The notes beneath the pieces are model-generated. The model was not told where the DNA came from, searched no databases, and saw only the letters and a program-made list of their open reading frames with translations. From Candidatus Methanomethylicia archaeon (GTDB lineage Archaea > Thermoproteota > Methanomethylicia > Culexarchaeales > Culexarchaeaceae): a stretch of 64,000 nt of DNA. Below, piece after piece: positions 38,732 through 49,327 of this stretch (positions within the stretch are counted from its first letter, which is position 1; the number at the start of each line of letters is the position of its first letter). The DNA lies in the NCBI GenBank assembly GCA_038727515.1, contig JAVYVS010000001.1, positions 532,297 through 596,296 on the forward strand. Reading direction: 5' to 3'. The position numbers were made by a program, and so were the translations under genes.

Positions 38732-40024
38732 TCACTCATATCTAAAACGGGGTTCTTCAAAATACTTTAAAATTAATATAGCATTTATCCATCCAACAAT
38801 TGAAAGAAGAATGAAAACTAATTGTTTAGATATATTTCCATAAATATACCCTCCCACAATACCTCCAATCATAGAAGCTATGGTGTTAATTAAACTAAAG
38901 GACGCCATAATCCTACCACGATATCCACGAGGCATATACTCAGTAAATAATGCAGATGACGCTGGAGCAGAAACGGAAGATAAAAATGTTGCTAATGCAA
39001 GCCAAAAGTACACTTCCATCCAACTCCTACTAAATGTAAAGCCAATATTGGTTATTGGTGAAATAAAAGCTGTAGGTATAATAAATTTCAATCTTCCAAA
39101 TCTTTCAGCAGTATCGGATAATGCAGCGAATGTTGGACTTACAATTAAATTTTCAAATCTCCTAATACTATCAAGAGTACCCCAAGACATTTTACTTAAA
39201 CCAATCACGTTAACAGCATAATCAACCCAATATGGACTTGCAGCAGAACTAAATATGCCACCCGTGAAATTCATTATTAACCAAACCTTCAAAGGTCTAT
39301 TCATATGTTTAAATGGGGGAATAAAATTCTTAAGTAATGAAAGGGATAAATGAGATCCACGAGTATCCAATTTAACATTTAAATTTAAAGTTTCTTTAAG
39401 ATATTTAACTCTAATTGTTGAAGCAGTAAAACCACAAATAAACGTTATAAAATGAAATATTCTCATCATAGGTATTAAACCATAAAAATCAATTAAACCT
39501 CCAGCAATTATTGGTGAAATTAAACCAAACATTGGTGGGAGAATTTGCCATGCAGAATAAGCTAAAGCTCTCTTAACAACCGGAGTAGAATCAGCAATTA
39601 AAGCACTAAATGCAGGTTCTCTAAGACCTCCAATAAATCCATCATAAATTCTATGGGGTATTGCATATCTCCAATCTGGAATTAATGCTATATATAATTC
39701 TGCAGATGCTAAAGCAAAACTTAAATGAGCAACTAAACGTCTCCTACCAATCCTATCAGCAAGATAACCTCCAATAACCAATGAGAATATTCTAGAAAGA
39801 CTCCAAATAGCAGTTAAATAACCGATATCCGCATATGATGCTCCAAGACCCATATAATATAATGTATCAAATGGAGCTGCAAAAGATGCTCCAAAAGTCC
39901 AAATACCACTAGTGATAATCATTACAAGTAGGTTACCATGTAAAACTTCACTTAAAGATCCAAAAATTGCATGACGCTTAACATTTTTAACATCCATGTA
40001 TATCGCCATCCAAACCCAAACCAA
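38732..40024 (-). CDS. MFS transporter
   Basis: GYLADRIGRR motif A, second-half SDTAERFGR, about 12 TMs. Confidence 0.88.
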   Translation of the reverse strand: MVWVWMAIYMDVKNVKRHAIFGSLSEVLHGNLLVMIITSGIWTFGASFAAPFDTLYYMGLGASYADIGYLTAIWSLSRIFSLVIGGYLADRIGRRRLVAHLSFALASAELYIALIPDWRYAIPHRIYDGFIGGLREPAFSALIADSTPVVKRALAYSAWQILPPMFGLISPIIAGGLIDFYGLIPMMRIFHFITFICGFTASTIRVKYLKETLNLNVKLDTRGSHLSLSLLKNFIPPFKHMNRPLKVWLIMNFTGGIFSSAASPYWVDYAVNVIGLSKMSWGTLDSIRRFENLIVSPTFAALSDTAERFGRLKFIIPTAFISPITNIGFTFSRSWMEVYFWLALATFLSSVSAPASSALFTEYMPRGYRGRIMASFSLINTIASMIGGIVGGYIYGNISKQLVFILLSIVGWINAILILKYFEEPRFRYE

Positions 40025-40132
40025 TACAATTAGCTTTAAAATTTCTAAGAACTAAAAAGATAAAGTTTTAGTTTACACACTTAACGAAAAGGTAATAAGT
40101 AATAAAAATATAGTTTATAATTAAGGATAAAA

Positions 40133-40387
40133 ATGTCTGCAGAAGCATTTGTATTAATAAATACACAAATAGGAGCTGAGGAAGAAGTTCTTAAAATTTT
40201 AAGGGAAATTGGAGAAGTAGAAGAAGCATTTATAGTTTATGGTGTTTACGACATAATAGCAAAAGTAAAAGCTGAAAACCTAGATAAACTTAGAGAAATC
40301 ATAACTTGGAAGATTAGAAAGATAAAGAAGGTTATGTCTACAACAACCATGGTGGTAATGGAAAAAAGTGTTAAACCACACGACTAA
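40133..40387 (+). CDS. Stand-alone Lrp/AsnC ligand-binding (RAM) domain protein
   Basis: AFVLIN, VYGVYDIIAKV, KIRKI..V.STTT; no HTH. Confidence 0.88.
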   Translation: MSAEAFVLINTQIGAEEEVLKILREIGEVEEAFIVYGVYDIIAKVKAENLDKLREIITWKIRKIKKVMSTTTMVVMEKSVKPHD

Positions 40388-41555
40388 ACTCAAATTTAAT
40401 ATTTCTACACTTAACTATTAATCGATTAACACCATCCGAATTTCTCTTTATTTCACCCAATCTAAATGTTTCAACACCATAATTTTCACATAATTTTATA
40501 ATTTCATCTACAACTTCAACATCAACTATCATTACAAATCCAATCCCCATATTAAAAACAGAATACATTTCCCTTAAATCGATTTTACCAATCCTTTGAA
40601 TTAATTTGAATATTGGTGGAGGATCTGGAAGTGAATTAATGATGTAATCAATGTTAAATCCAACCTTTAAAATCTTAGATAATCCACCACCAGTAATATG
40701 AGCCATACCATGTATAAAACAACCATATTTATGTAAAGCTTCAGCAATTATTGGTGTATATATCCTTGTTGGAGAGGATAATGCATCCATAATTGTTGAA
40801 TCAAGCTCATCTACATACGAATCAAGTTTATAAGGTCCCAAATAACTAAATTTATTCTCATAATCAAAGGTTTCAGGATACTTAGAACCATAATAACTAT
40901 TGAGTAAAATATGTCTAGCCAATGTTAAACCATTACACATAATACCACTATTAACATTAGATTCATATTTAGCTCTCCCAAAACTACTTAAACCCAAAAT
41001 TACATCCCCATCAACAATATTTGAACCATCAATAATCATGTTACAATCACATTCACCATAAACAGCTCCAGCAACATCAATAGTCCTTAATTGATCAGGC
41101 ATATCTGCAGTTTCACCACCAATAAAAATTGGTGAAAAAGCATTAGAGAACATACTTACCTTTGAAAGAAGATCTAAGGTTTTATTAAAACCTAAACCTA
41201 TAGATTTAATAACGACATCTCTCTCCAATTTAAATGGATTTAATGCAATATAATCCACAAATAACAAAGGTCTAATCCCCACAGTAACAATATCATCTAA
41301 ATTCATAGCTAAAACATCTTGAGCTAAATCTTCGAAAAATCGAGAATCTCCAAATTCTTTATATGCTAAATATGCAATAATAGGTTTACTTCCAGCACCA
41401 TCAACATGTAAAGATATACATCTACCATCCTTAAGTTTTAAAACATTAGTAAATGCATATGGAAATGATTTAACAATTAATCCCTCAAAAAATTTAATAG
41501 AACTTTTAAAAGCATCAACACCCATAGACTTATAAACATTAGACATCAAAAACAA
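40371..41555 (-). CDS. purM: AIR synthetase (PurM), atypical long form
   Basis: YKSMGVD, HVDGAGSK, AMNLDD, GGETADMP, NGLTLARH, PTRIY, HITGGG, EMYSVFNMGIG. Confidence 0.88.
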   Translation of the reverse strand: MFLMSNVYKSMGVDAFKSSIKFFEGLIVKSFPYAFTNVLKLKDGRCISLHVDGAGSKPIIAYLAYKEFGDSRFFEDLAQDVLAMNLDDIVTVGIRPLLFVDYIALNPFKLERDVVIKSIGLGFNKTLDLLSKVSMFSNAFSPIFIGGETADMPDQLRTIDVAGAVYGECDCNMIIDGSNIVDGDVILGLSSFGRAKYESNVNSGIMCNGLTLARHILLNSYYGSKYPETFDYENKFSYLGPYKLDSYVDELDSTIMDALSSPTRIYTPIIAEALHKYGCFIHGMAHITGGGLSKILKVGFNIDYIINSLPDPPPIFKLIQRIGKIDLREMYSVFNMGIGFVMIVDVEVVDEIIKLCENYGVETFRLGEIKRNSDGVNRLIVKCRNIKFEFSRVV

Positions 41556-41641
41556 CCAAAAATAAATTTCTGAAACAATTATTAAAACCTATTTACAATG
41601 TATGAAGGAAAACATAAAATACTACTACAAACAATAACGAT

Positions 41642-42094
41642 TTGAGAAATATGCCGAAAGTATCCGTAATAATTGGAAGTGAAAGTGATAGAGAAATTGG
41701 AGATAAAGTTGTTCAAACTTTAAAGGAGTTTAATGTAGAAGTTGAATACAAAGTTTTATCAGCACATAGAAACCCAGATGAATTATCAAAGTATATTGAG
41801 GAAAGCGATTCAGAATTATTTATAGCAATAGCTGGATTATCGGCAGCACTACCTGGATTTATAGCTTCGAAAACAATTAAGCCAGTAATAGGATTACCTA
41901 GAGAAGTAAAACTACTTGGATTAGATGCACTACTATCCATAGTACAAATGCCACCTGGAATACCGGTAGCATGCGTTGGCATAGATAATCATAAGAATGC
42001 AGCATTACTAGCCATAGAAATACTAGCATTAAAATATGATGAATTAAAGGAAAGACTTAAAGAATATAGATTGAAAATGAGAAGTGTTAAGTAA
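41642..42094 (+). CDS. purE: PurE (AIR carboxylase/N5-CAIR mutase)
   Basis: [35 protein letters not shown]. Confidence 0.92.
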   Translation: MRNMPKVSVIIGSESDREIGDKVVQTLKEFNVEVEYKVLSAHRNPDELSKYIEESDSELFIAIAGLSAALPGFIASKTIKPVIGLPREVKLLGLDALLSIVQMPPGIPVACVGIDNHKNAALLAIEILALKYDELKERLKEYRLKMRSVK

Positions 42095-43463
42095 GTGGGT
42101 GATGGAAACGTCATCTGAAATATGTCCATTAGAATGGAGATATGGAAGTAAAGAAATGAGGAAACTCTTCAGTAGAGAAGAAATAATGAGGAGAAGATTA
42201 GAAGTAGAAGTTGCATTAACATATGGATTAGCAAAAGCTGGAATAATTGAAGAATGGATTCCAAAGAAGATTGAAGAATCAGCATCAAAAGTCACCATTG
42301 AAAGAATTGATGAATTGGAATTGAAACTTGGACATGATATAATGGCATTAGCAACAGCATTATCCGAAGTTTCAGGTGAAGCTGGAAAATATGTTCACTT
42401 AGGAGCTACAAGTTACGATATAGTGGATACTGCATGGAGCCTAATAATTAGAGATGCATTAAAAATAATTGAGAGAAAACTAGTAGAAATAATAAAGAAA
42501 TTAATAAAATATAGTCTTGAATATAAAGATACCCTAATGATTGGGAGAACTCATGGTCAACATGCACTACCAATAACATTAGGATTCAAATTTGCAAATT
42601 ACGTATATGAATTTTCTAGAAGTTTAGAGAGGATAATTGAAATGAAGAATAGATTAATTAAAGGTAAAATTTCAGGAGCTGTTGGAACAATGGCTTCTTG
42701 GAAGGATAAGGGAATAATAGTTGAAGAAGAAACTTTGAGAAGACTTAACCTCAAACCACATGAAATATCAACACAAATAGCTCCAAGAGATGGATTTGCA
42801 GAATTAACTTCCAATATGGCTATACTTGGAAGTCAACTTGATAGATTAGCTATTGAAATAAGAGAACTAATGAGACCGGAAATAAGTGAACTTGCTGAAG
42901 GGGTAGGTAGAAGAGTTGGAAGTAGTACTATGCCTCAAAAGGCAAATCCAGTAACTTCAGAAAAGATATGTGGATTAGCTAAAGTTCTCAGATCACAAGT
43001 AATAATTTCACTTGAAAACATCCCATTATGGCATGAGAGAGATTTAACAAATAGTAGTAGTGAAAGATTCCTAATATCACATACACTACTAACAATAGAT
43101 GAAATGCTTAATTCAATGATAGAAGTATTAGATAACTTGGTAATAAACAAAGAAAGGATGAGAAGTAATATTGGAATCACTAAAGGAACAGTAATGAGTG
43201 AAAATGTAATGATTAAATTAGTGGAAAAGGGATTAGCTAGAACAGAAGCCCATGAAATCTTAAGAGATTTAACTAGAATAACCCAACAAAGTAATTTAAG
43301 CTTTAAAGAAGTACTTATCAAAGATGAAAGAATAAGAAAGTATTTGAGTATTGAAGAAATCGAAGAACTTTTAAAACCAGAAAACTACCTTGGTGAAATA
43401 AATAAGTTAATTACTAGAACAATAGAATATGCTGAAAAAATTATTGAGAAAATAGTCGATTAA
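42084..43463 (+). CDS. purB: Adenylosuccinate lyase
   Basis: [39 protein letters not shown]. Confidence 0.95.
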   Translation: MLSKWVMETSSEICPLEWRYGSKEMRKLFSREEIMRRRLEVEVALTYGLAKAGIIEEWIPKKIEESASKVTIERIDELELKLGHDIMALATALSEVSGEAGKYVHLGATSYDIVDTAWSLIIRDALKIIERKLVEIIKKLIKYSLEYKDTLMIGRTHGQHALPITLGFKFANYVYEFSRSLERIIEMKNRLIKGKISGAVGTMASWKDKGIIVEEETLRRLNLKPHEISTQIAPRDGFAELTSNMAILGSQLDRLAIEIRELMRPEISELAEGVGRRVGSSTMPQKANPVTSEKICGLAKVLRSQVIISLENIPLWHERDLTNSSSERFLISHTLLTIDEMLNSMIEVLDNLVINKERMRSNIGITKGTVMSENVMIKLVEKGLARTEAHEILRDLTRITQQSNLSFKEVLIKDERIRKYLSIEEIEELLKPENYLGEINKLITRTIEYAEKIIEKIVD

Positions 43464-44257
43464 AGAATTTCTTCAACAATATATTCATACATAGATTTAA
43501 ATATCCAAAAGCCATCACCATAAATATCATTAAATTTTTGTAATGTAAAATTGGGATATTGCCAGAAGTAAGTTGCACGCTCTGGATGAGGCATTAAACC
43601 CATAACATTACCATCAACATTAAATATTCCAGCAATATCCATGTAAGAACCATTGGGATTAAATGGATAGAGACCATTAGCTGGAGAACCATTAGGTGTA
43701 CAATATCTAAATGCTATAAGATTCCTTTCAACCAATAAATTCAATACATCATTAGATGCAATAAATTTACCTTCACTATGAGCCACAGGCATTCTAACAA
43801 TCATATCCTCACTATAATACCTCATAAAAACATTGTTCTTACCAGATGGCTTAAGGAAAATCCATCTACACTCAAATTTACCAGAATCATTGGGGGCTAA
43901 AGCTAATTTCGGCGTGAAACCACTATTAAAACCGGGTAAAAGACCAATTTCAACTAAAACTTGAAATCCATTGCATATACCAAGTATAGGCTTTCCAGAT
44001 TTACAAAATGAAAGTAAATCATCAATTAATTTTGATCGAATCTTAGAAGCCCATATAGCTCCAGCTCTAACATAATCACCATATGAGAAACCTCCAGGAA
44101 TTATTAACCCATGAAATGAAGATAAATCTACACATTTATCAATCAACTTCTTAGTGTGAATTATTGAAGCACTCATACCACATTCTTCTACGGCTCTAGC
44201 TGTTTCAACATCACAATTAGTTCCAGCAACTCTAATAATTACTATTCTAGGCTTCAT
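43460..44257 (-). CDS. purQ: FGAM synthase glutaminase subunit
   Basis: GTNCD, PGGFSYGDY, GICNGFQ, AHSEG, NPNGS, MPHPER. Start ATG at 44257 overlaps the purL stop. Confidence 0.95.
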   Translation of the reverse strand: MKPRIVIIRVAGTNCDVETARAVEECGMSASIIHTKKLIDKCVDLSSFHGLIIPGGFSYGDYVRAGAIWASKIRSKLIDDLLSFCKSGKPILGICNGFQVLVEIGLLPGFNSGFTPKLALAPNDSGKFECRWIFLKPSGKNNVFMRYYSEDMIVRMPVAHSEGKFIASNDVLNLLVERNLIAFRYCTPNGSPANGLYPFNPNGSYMDIAGIFNVDGNVMGLMPHPERATYFWQYPNFTLQKFNDIYGDGFWIFKSMYEYIVEEIL

Positions 44258-46632
44258 AACTTTAAACCACTCCTCCAACAATCCCTCAAAACATTCGTCT
44301 TTAAATCAAAAAGAAGATTACCCTTCAAACCATATACAATAACATTAGATGAACTAGTAACTCTACCAATAATATTCCCATCACAACCCCACTCTCTAAG
44401 CAATTTAATAAAGTCATCTTCAAAGGATTTATCAACTTCTAATATGAATCTACCATTACTCTCAGAAAAAAGCAGTATATCATCACGATAAACATTACTC
44501 CTTGGAACATTATTTAAATAAACTTCAACACCATAATCACTTGATAAAGCCATTTCAGCAATAGCTACACCCAATCCACCATCAGATATATCATGACAAG
44601 CTTTAACATAACCCATATCTATAGCATTAATTACAAAATCCATAATCCTCTTAGAATATTTCGCATTAACCTTTGGAACCGATGAACCTATGTAACCCAT
44701 TAAACGATAATATTGTGAAGCTCCAAGTTCTGGAAACGTTAAACCAACAATAAAAACTGGATCTCCAATACCCTTAAAATCTAATGTTACAGTTTTCCTA
44801 ATATCTGGAATTATCCCAATAGCAGTTATTAGAAGAGTTTCTAATACAGGTCCCATAGGGGACTCATTATATAAACTATCTTTACCAGATATAAATGGAG
44901 TATCAAATTCTACTGCAAAATCATAACAAGCTTTTGCAGCTCTAACTAAACTTCCAAGTCTATCAGGCTTTTCAGGATTTCCCCAAGTGAAATTATCGAG
45001 TATAGCAATTCTCCTACCACCAACACAAACATTATTTCTTAAAGCTTCCTCTAAACTTGATGCAGCCATCCAATAGGGGTCAATTCTACTATACCAAGGT
45101 TTAATTCCAACAGAAACAACTATACCCCTATAAGATTCAGATATGGGTTTAAGAACTGCGGCATCACTTGGACCACCATAAAATCCATGTAAAGGTTTAA
45201 TGACAGTTGCTCCTTGAACTTCATGATCGTAAGTTCTAATGACTTCTTCTCTACTACAAATATTTGGTGATGATAAAAGTTTACATAAAACTTCACCATA
45301 ATTCTCTGGTTCACTTAAAATAGGTTCTTCAAATTTTGGTGGTATCCATGAAGCTATACGTGTAATTTTTGGTGGATGTAATAGGAAGTTGGTTTCAACA
45401 TGACATAATAAATAACCTTTATAGTAAACATCGATCCAAGGTTCATCAATTAATTCCCCAATGACTGAAGCTTTCAATTCTTCTTCAGAAGCAATTTCAA
45501 GGACTTTATCAACAGAATTTTCAGGTACAATTAATAACATCCTTTCTTGAGATTCTGAAATCCAAATCTCCCAGGGTAGTAAATCTTCACGTAAATGTAC
45601 ACTATCCAAGAAAACTCTAGCCCCACCATTAATTCTACCAGCCATCTCAGTAACTGCAACAGCTAAACCTCCACCACCAAGATCGGTTATTCCAGAAGCT
45701 AGATTTTCATCTCTAATCCTAATTATAGCTCTTCTCAACTTTTCTTCTTCCACTGGATCTGGAATTTGTACAGCAGATCTAGCAATACGCTCAGAATCCT
45801 CCTTCAAATCACTACTAGCAAAAGAAGCGCCATGAATACCATCTCTACCAGTGGAATTACCCATTAAAACTATTTTATCTCTAGGTTTAGCTGAAAATCT
45901 ATATGTAGAAGTGGGTAGAATACCAATACAACCAGCATAAACAACAACATTACCAACATATCCCTCATCAAAACAGATAGCTCCAGCAACAGTTGGTATA
46001 CCCATATTATTACCATAAAAACCAATACCCTTAACAACACCTCTAAACAAATATTTAGGATGCTTCAAACCCTTAGGAATAGATTCATATGGATAATTTA
46101 AAGGTCCAAAGCATAGAACATCTATACAAGCTATTGGAGATGCCCATACCCCAAGGATATCTCTAATAACACCTCCAATACCAGTTGCAGCACCACCAAA
46201 GGGATCTATAGCTGAAGGATGATTATGAGTTTCAACTTTAACAGCTATAGAATATTTATCATCAAATTCAATTATACCAGCATTATCCTTCAAAAAGGAT
46301 ACAATCCACGGCTTATTACACTTCTCAGTAGCTTTAGCAATATAACTCTTCAAAATATCATCAACAATAACATTCCCATTATCATCAACAATAATTCCTC
46401 TAAAAACTTTATGTCTACAATGTTCAGACCAAAGTTGAGAAAAAGAGTATAATTCTAAATCAAAAACAGCTCTATTAAGCTTATTAACGAAATAATCTCT
46501 TATAGATTTAAGTTCATTAAAATTCAAATTTAATCTTAAATTATTTGATAGGGAATATAGATCATCATCAGTAAAATTGGATAAATAAAATCTATAGATA
46601 TCTGGTGGTATAGTAATAACATCATACTTCAT
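44254..46632 (-). CDS. purL: FGAM synthase synthetase subunit
   Basis: WSEHCRHK, KVETHNHPS, GAATGIGGVIRD, TGRDGIHGA, SESQERM, ISGKDSLYN, LFSES. Confidence 0.95.
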   Translation of the reverse strand: MKYDVITIPPDIYRFYLSNFTDDDLYSLSNNLRLNLNFNELKSIRDYFVNKLNRAVFDLELYSFSQLWSEHCRHKVFRGIIVDDNGNVIVDDILKSYIAKATEKCNKPWIVSFLKDNAGIIEFDDKYSIAVKVETHNHPSAIDPFGGAATGIGGVIRDILGVWASPIACIDVLCFGPLNYPYESIPKGLKHPKYLFRGVVKGIGFYGNNMGIPTVAGAICFDEGYVGNVVVYAGCIGILPTSTYRFSAKPRDKIVLMGNSTGRDGIHGASFASSDLKEDSERIARSAVQIPDPVEEEKLRRAIIRIRDENLASGITDLGGGGLAVAVTEMAGRINGGARVFLDSVHLREDLLPWEIWISESQERMLLIVPENSVDKVLEIASEEELKASVIGELIDEPWIDVYYKGYLLCHVETNFLLHPPKITRIASWIPPKFEEPILSEPENYGEVLCKLLSSPNICSREEVIRTYDHEVQGATVIKPLHGFYGGPSDAAVLKPISESYRGIVVSVGIKPWYSRIDPYWMAASSLEEALRNNVCVGGRRIAILDNFTWGNPEKPDRLGSLVRAAKACYDFAVEFDTPFISGKDSLYNESPMGPVLETLLITAIGIIPDIRKTVTLDFKGIGDPVFIVGLTFPELGASQYYRLMGYIGSSVPKVNAKYSKRIMDFVINAIDMGYVKACHDISDGGLGVAIAEMALSSDYGVEVYLNNVPRSNVYRDDILLFSESNGRFILEVDKSFEDDFIKLLREWGCDGNIIGRVTSSSNVIVYGLKGNLLFDLKTNVLRDCWRSGLKL

Positions 46633-46888
46633 GATTCAACACACTCACAAAAAACTTATCTTTAACTGGATTAGCTAAAAGTCTTTGACAAATCTCATTA
46701 ACAACACTTTTAGCTTCATCAATAGAATTAGCATAAACAGTAAAAGAATAAACTTTACCAACCCTAACCCCCATAACATTATAACCTAAATCCCTTAAAG
46801 CTTCTTCAACGGTTTTACCTTCAGCATCAACAAGTCCATCCTTCAACCAAACTTCAACTCTAAAATTGAATTTACCCATATAAAACAC
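46622..46888 (-). CDS. purS: FGAM synthase subunit PurS
   Basis: LKDGLVDAEG, VRVGK, LLANPV. Confidence 0.92.
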   Translation of the reverse strand: MFYMGKFNFRVEVWLKDGLVDAEGKTVEEALRDLGYNVMGVRVGKVYSFTVYANSIDEAKSVVNEICQRLLANPVKDKFFVSVLNHEV

Positions 46889-46893
46889 CCCAA

Positions 46894-48375
46894 TTAAACT
46901 TCTTCAGTTATTCTACCTTTAATCTTAACCCCCTTAAGAGCTAATTCTAATGCTAAACGTGAAAGCTCCATAGCATATTTAGTGGGGTAATTCAAAGTTA
47001 AACACCCTAAACATAAATTACTTGATGAAATAGCGGAAACAAAATCTTCTATAGTTTGATAATTAATTGTATCAGCACCAATAAACTTACATATCTCTTC
47101 ATCACTCCTACCAAAGGCAGCCAATTCTTGAAAGGTAGCCATATCAATACCATAGAAGCATGGACCAATAATCTTTGGAAAAGTTACGAAAATATGAATC
47201 TCAGAAACATCATGTTCACGTAATTCTGAAACCACAGTTTTAAGGGTGTCACCTCTAACAATACTATCATCAATCAATGCAATATTCTTACCCCTTAATT
47301 TATCAAAAAGAATATTATACTTACGATGCAAAATTATTGTTCTATCCTCTGGAGACAATATAAAGGCTCTATGTTTAACATATCTATCCCTAACAATCCA
47401 TTGCTGCATTGGTTTCCCAGAAACTTCATGAAAACCATAAGCAGCATCTACAGCTGTTTGAGGAATTGGAACAATAACATCCACCCTTCTAGCAATATCA
47501 TTATACCTAATTGCAAGTTTCCTACCCAACTCTTGCCTAACTTCACAAACATATTTACCATTAAACTTAGAATCAGGTCTAGCAAAATATGCAAATTCAA
47601 AGGAGCATAAATTTTCACGAGCACCTTCAAAGATCTTTTTAATAGATAATTTATTATTGGATAATGTGTAGAGAAATCCTGGTTCTACAACTTTAAAATC
47701 TCTTATATTATTGGAGTTTAAAGCAGAACTTTCAGATGCCACCATAAACATATTACCATTTTTACTAAAACCATATACCAATGGTCTAATACCACATGGA
47801 TCTCTAAAGAAGAATAATGTTCCATCACTAAGTAAACCAACAACTGAATAAGCTCCATCAACATCATTCATAATTCTTTTAACAGCATCTTCAATCTTAT
47901 AACCCTCAATTAAATTATGCAACAAAATTAAAGCTAAAACTTCAGTATCAGAAGTACACTTAAAACTATAACCATAAGATAGTAACTTCTCTCGAAGTAA
48001 TTTTACATTAGTAATATTCCCATTATAAGCAATACATACCTTTAAATCTTCACCAACAATCAATGGCTGAATATCAGTAGACAATTTGAGTTTAGAAAGT
48101 TCACCACTAGTTGCATATCTAACGTGTCCCAAACCAATATTACCAACGAGTTCTTTAAATAGAGAAGACAATTTATCAAGTGAAATATCAGAAATTAAAC
48201 CAAGATCTTTAAATACATGGAAAGAACCATCATATGTAACCATACCATAAGAGTGATGTCCCCTATGATTTAAAGATACAAGAGACCAATATAAGAAGTC
48301 TATAACGTCACCGCCATCAAACCTATAAATAGCAGAAACACCGCAATTATGTGTTAAATTCTCCATAATACCCAC
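46894..48375 (-). CDS. purF: Amidophosphoribosyltransferase
   Basis: NCGV after a short propeptide, HRG, GHVRYAT, NGNITN, RDPCGIRPL, CSFEFAYFARPDS, DDSIVRG, PCFYGID, CLGC. Confidence 0.95.
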   Translation of the reverse strand: MGIMENLTHNCGVSAIYRFDGGDVIDFLYWSLVSLNHRGHHSYGMVTYDGSFHVFKDLGLISDISLDKLSSLFKELVGNIGLGHVRYATSGELSKLKLSTDIQPLIVGEDLKVCIAYNGNITNVKLLREKLLSYGYSFKCTSDTEVLALILLHNLIEGYKIEDAVKRIMNDVDGAYSVVGLLSDGTLFFFRDPCGIRPLVYGFSKNGNMFMVASESSALNSNNIRDFKVVEPGFLYTLSNNKLSIKKIFEGARENLCSFEFAYFARPDSKFNGKYVCEVRQELGRKLAIRYNDIARRVDVIVPIPQTAVDAAYGFHEVSGKPMQQWIVRDRYVKHRAFILSPEDRTIILHRKYNILFDKLRGKNIALIDDSIVRGDTLKTVVSELREHDVSEIHIFVTFPKIIGPCFYGIDMATFQELAAFGRSDEEICKFIGADTINYQTIEDFVSAISSSNLCLGCLTLNYPTKYAMELSRLALELALKGVKIKGRITEEV

Positions 48376-49314
48376 TCACAAAAATTCATTTAAACTTTTT
48401 AATGGTAAATCATCAACATTACGTTTCAAAGCTAAAACTTCATATGCTCCTCTAACTCTCCATGCAATTTGCTTTATTAAATCCATAGGTAAATCTGGTG
48501 GAGTACCATCACCCATAAAACCTTTAGCCATTAAATAAGCTCTTAAAAACTCTTTATCTAAACAATGTCCTTCTTGAGCTACACCAACACGATAATATTT
48601 CTTAATCCAAATTCTAGCTGAATCATGTGTAGGAGCTTCATCAATTTGAATTAATTCACCCTTATATCTACCAAATTCAAATTTAACATCTGCAATTATC
48701 AATCCAACACTTTCAGCAACCTTACTATAATATGAGTAAAGCTTAAAAGATGCTTCTTCAAGTTCATTCCATTCTTCACGTGAAACCAAATCCATATCTA
48801 TAGCTTCACGTTTACTAATTTCAATATCATGACCAAAATCAGACTTTGTAGTTGTTGAAAGTATTGGTTGAGGAAGCTTTTCAGCATAACTTAAACCATT
48901 AGGTAGTTCAACACCTGAAATTATACGTTTACCACTGGAATAAGCTCTCCAAGCTGAACCATATAGATAACTTCTAACAATCCATTCAATATTAATTCTC
49001 TCAGCTCTCACAACTTTAATCGACCTATCATCGACAACTTCAACAAGATGATTTGGAAAAATATTCTTAGTATTCTCAAACCAAAAAGAGGTAAGCTTAT
49101 TCAAGTAAACACCTTTAAAGGGTATAAGCTCCTTCAAAACCACATCAAATGCAGAAATACGATCACTATGGAATAATATTAGATAATCCCCAAGTTCATA
49201 TACATCTCTAACTTTACCTCTCTTAAACAATGGGAAATTAAGATTTGAATATCTAATAGTTTCAACAAATCCATTTTTAGAAAATGGATCAGGATATCTT
49301 TCAACAATATACAA
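48376..49314 (-). CDS. purC: SAICAR synthetase
   Basis: GKVRDVY, SDRISAFD, IVRSYLYGS, ADVKFEFG, DSARIW, LDKEFLR. Confidence 0.93.
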   Translation of the reverse strand: MYIVERYPDPFSKNGFVETIRYSNLNFPLFKRGKVRDVYELGDYLILFHSDRISAFDVVLKELIPFKGVYLNKLTSFWFENTKNIFPNHLVEVVDDRSIKVVRAERINIEWIVRSYLYGSAWRAYSSGKRIISGVELPNGLSYAEKLPQPILSTTTKSDFGHDIEISKREAIDMDLVSREEWNELEEASFKLYSYYSKVAESVGLIIADVKFEFGRYKGELIQIDEAPTHDSARIWIKKYYRVGVAQEGHCLDKEFLRAYLMAKGFMGDGTPPDLPMDLIKQIAWRVRGAYEVLALKRNVDDLPLKSLNEFL

Positions 49315-49327
49315 TCACGACACCTCA

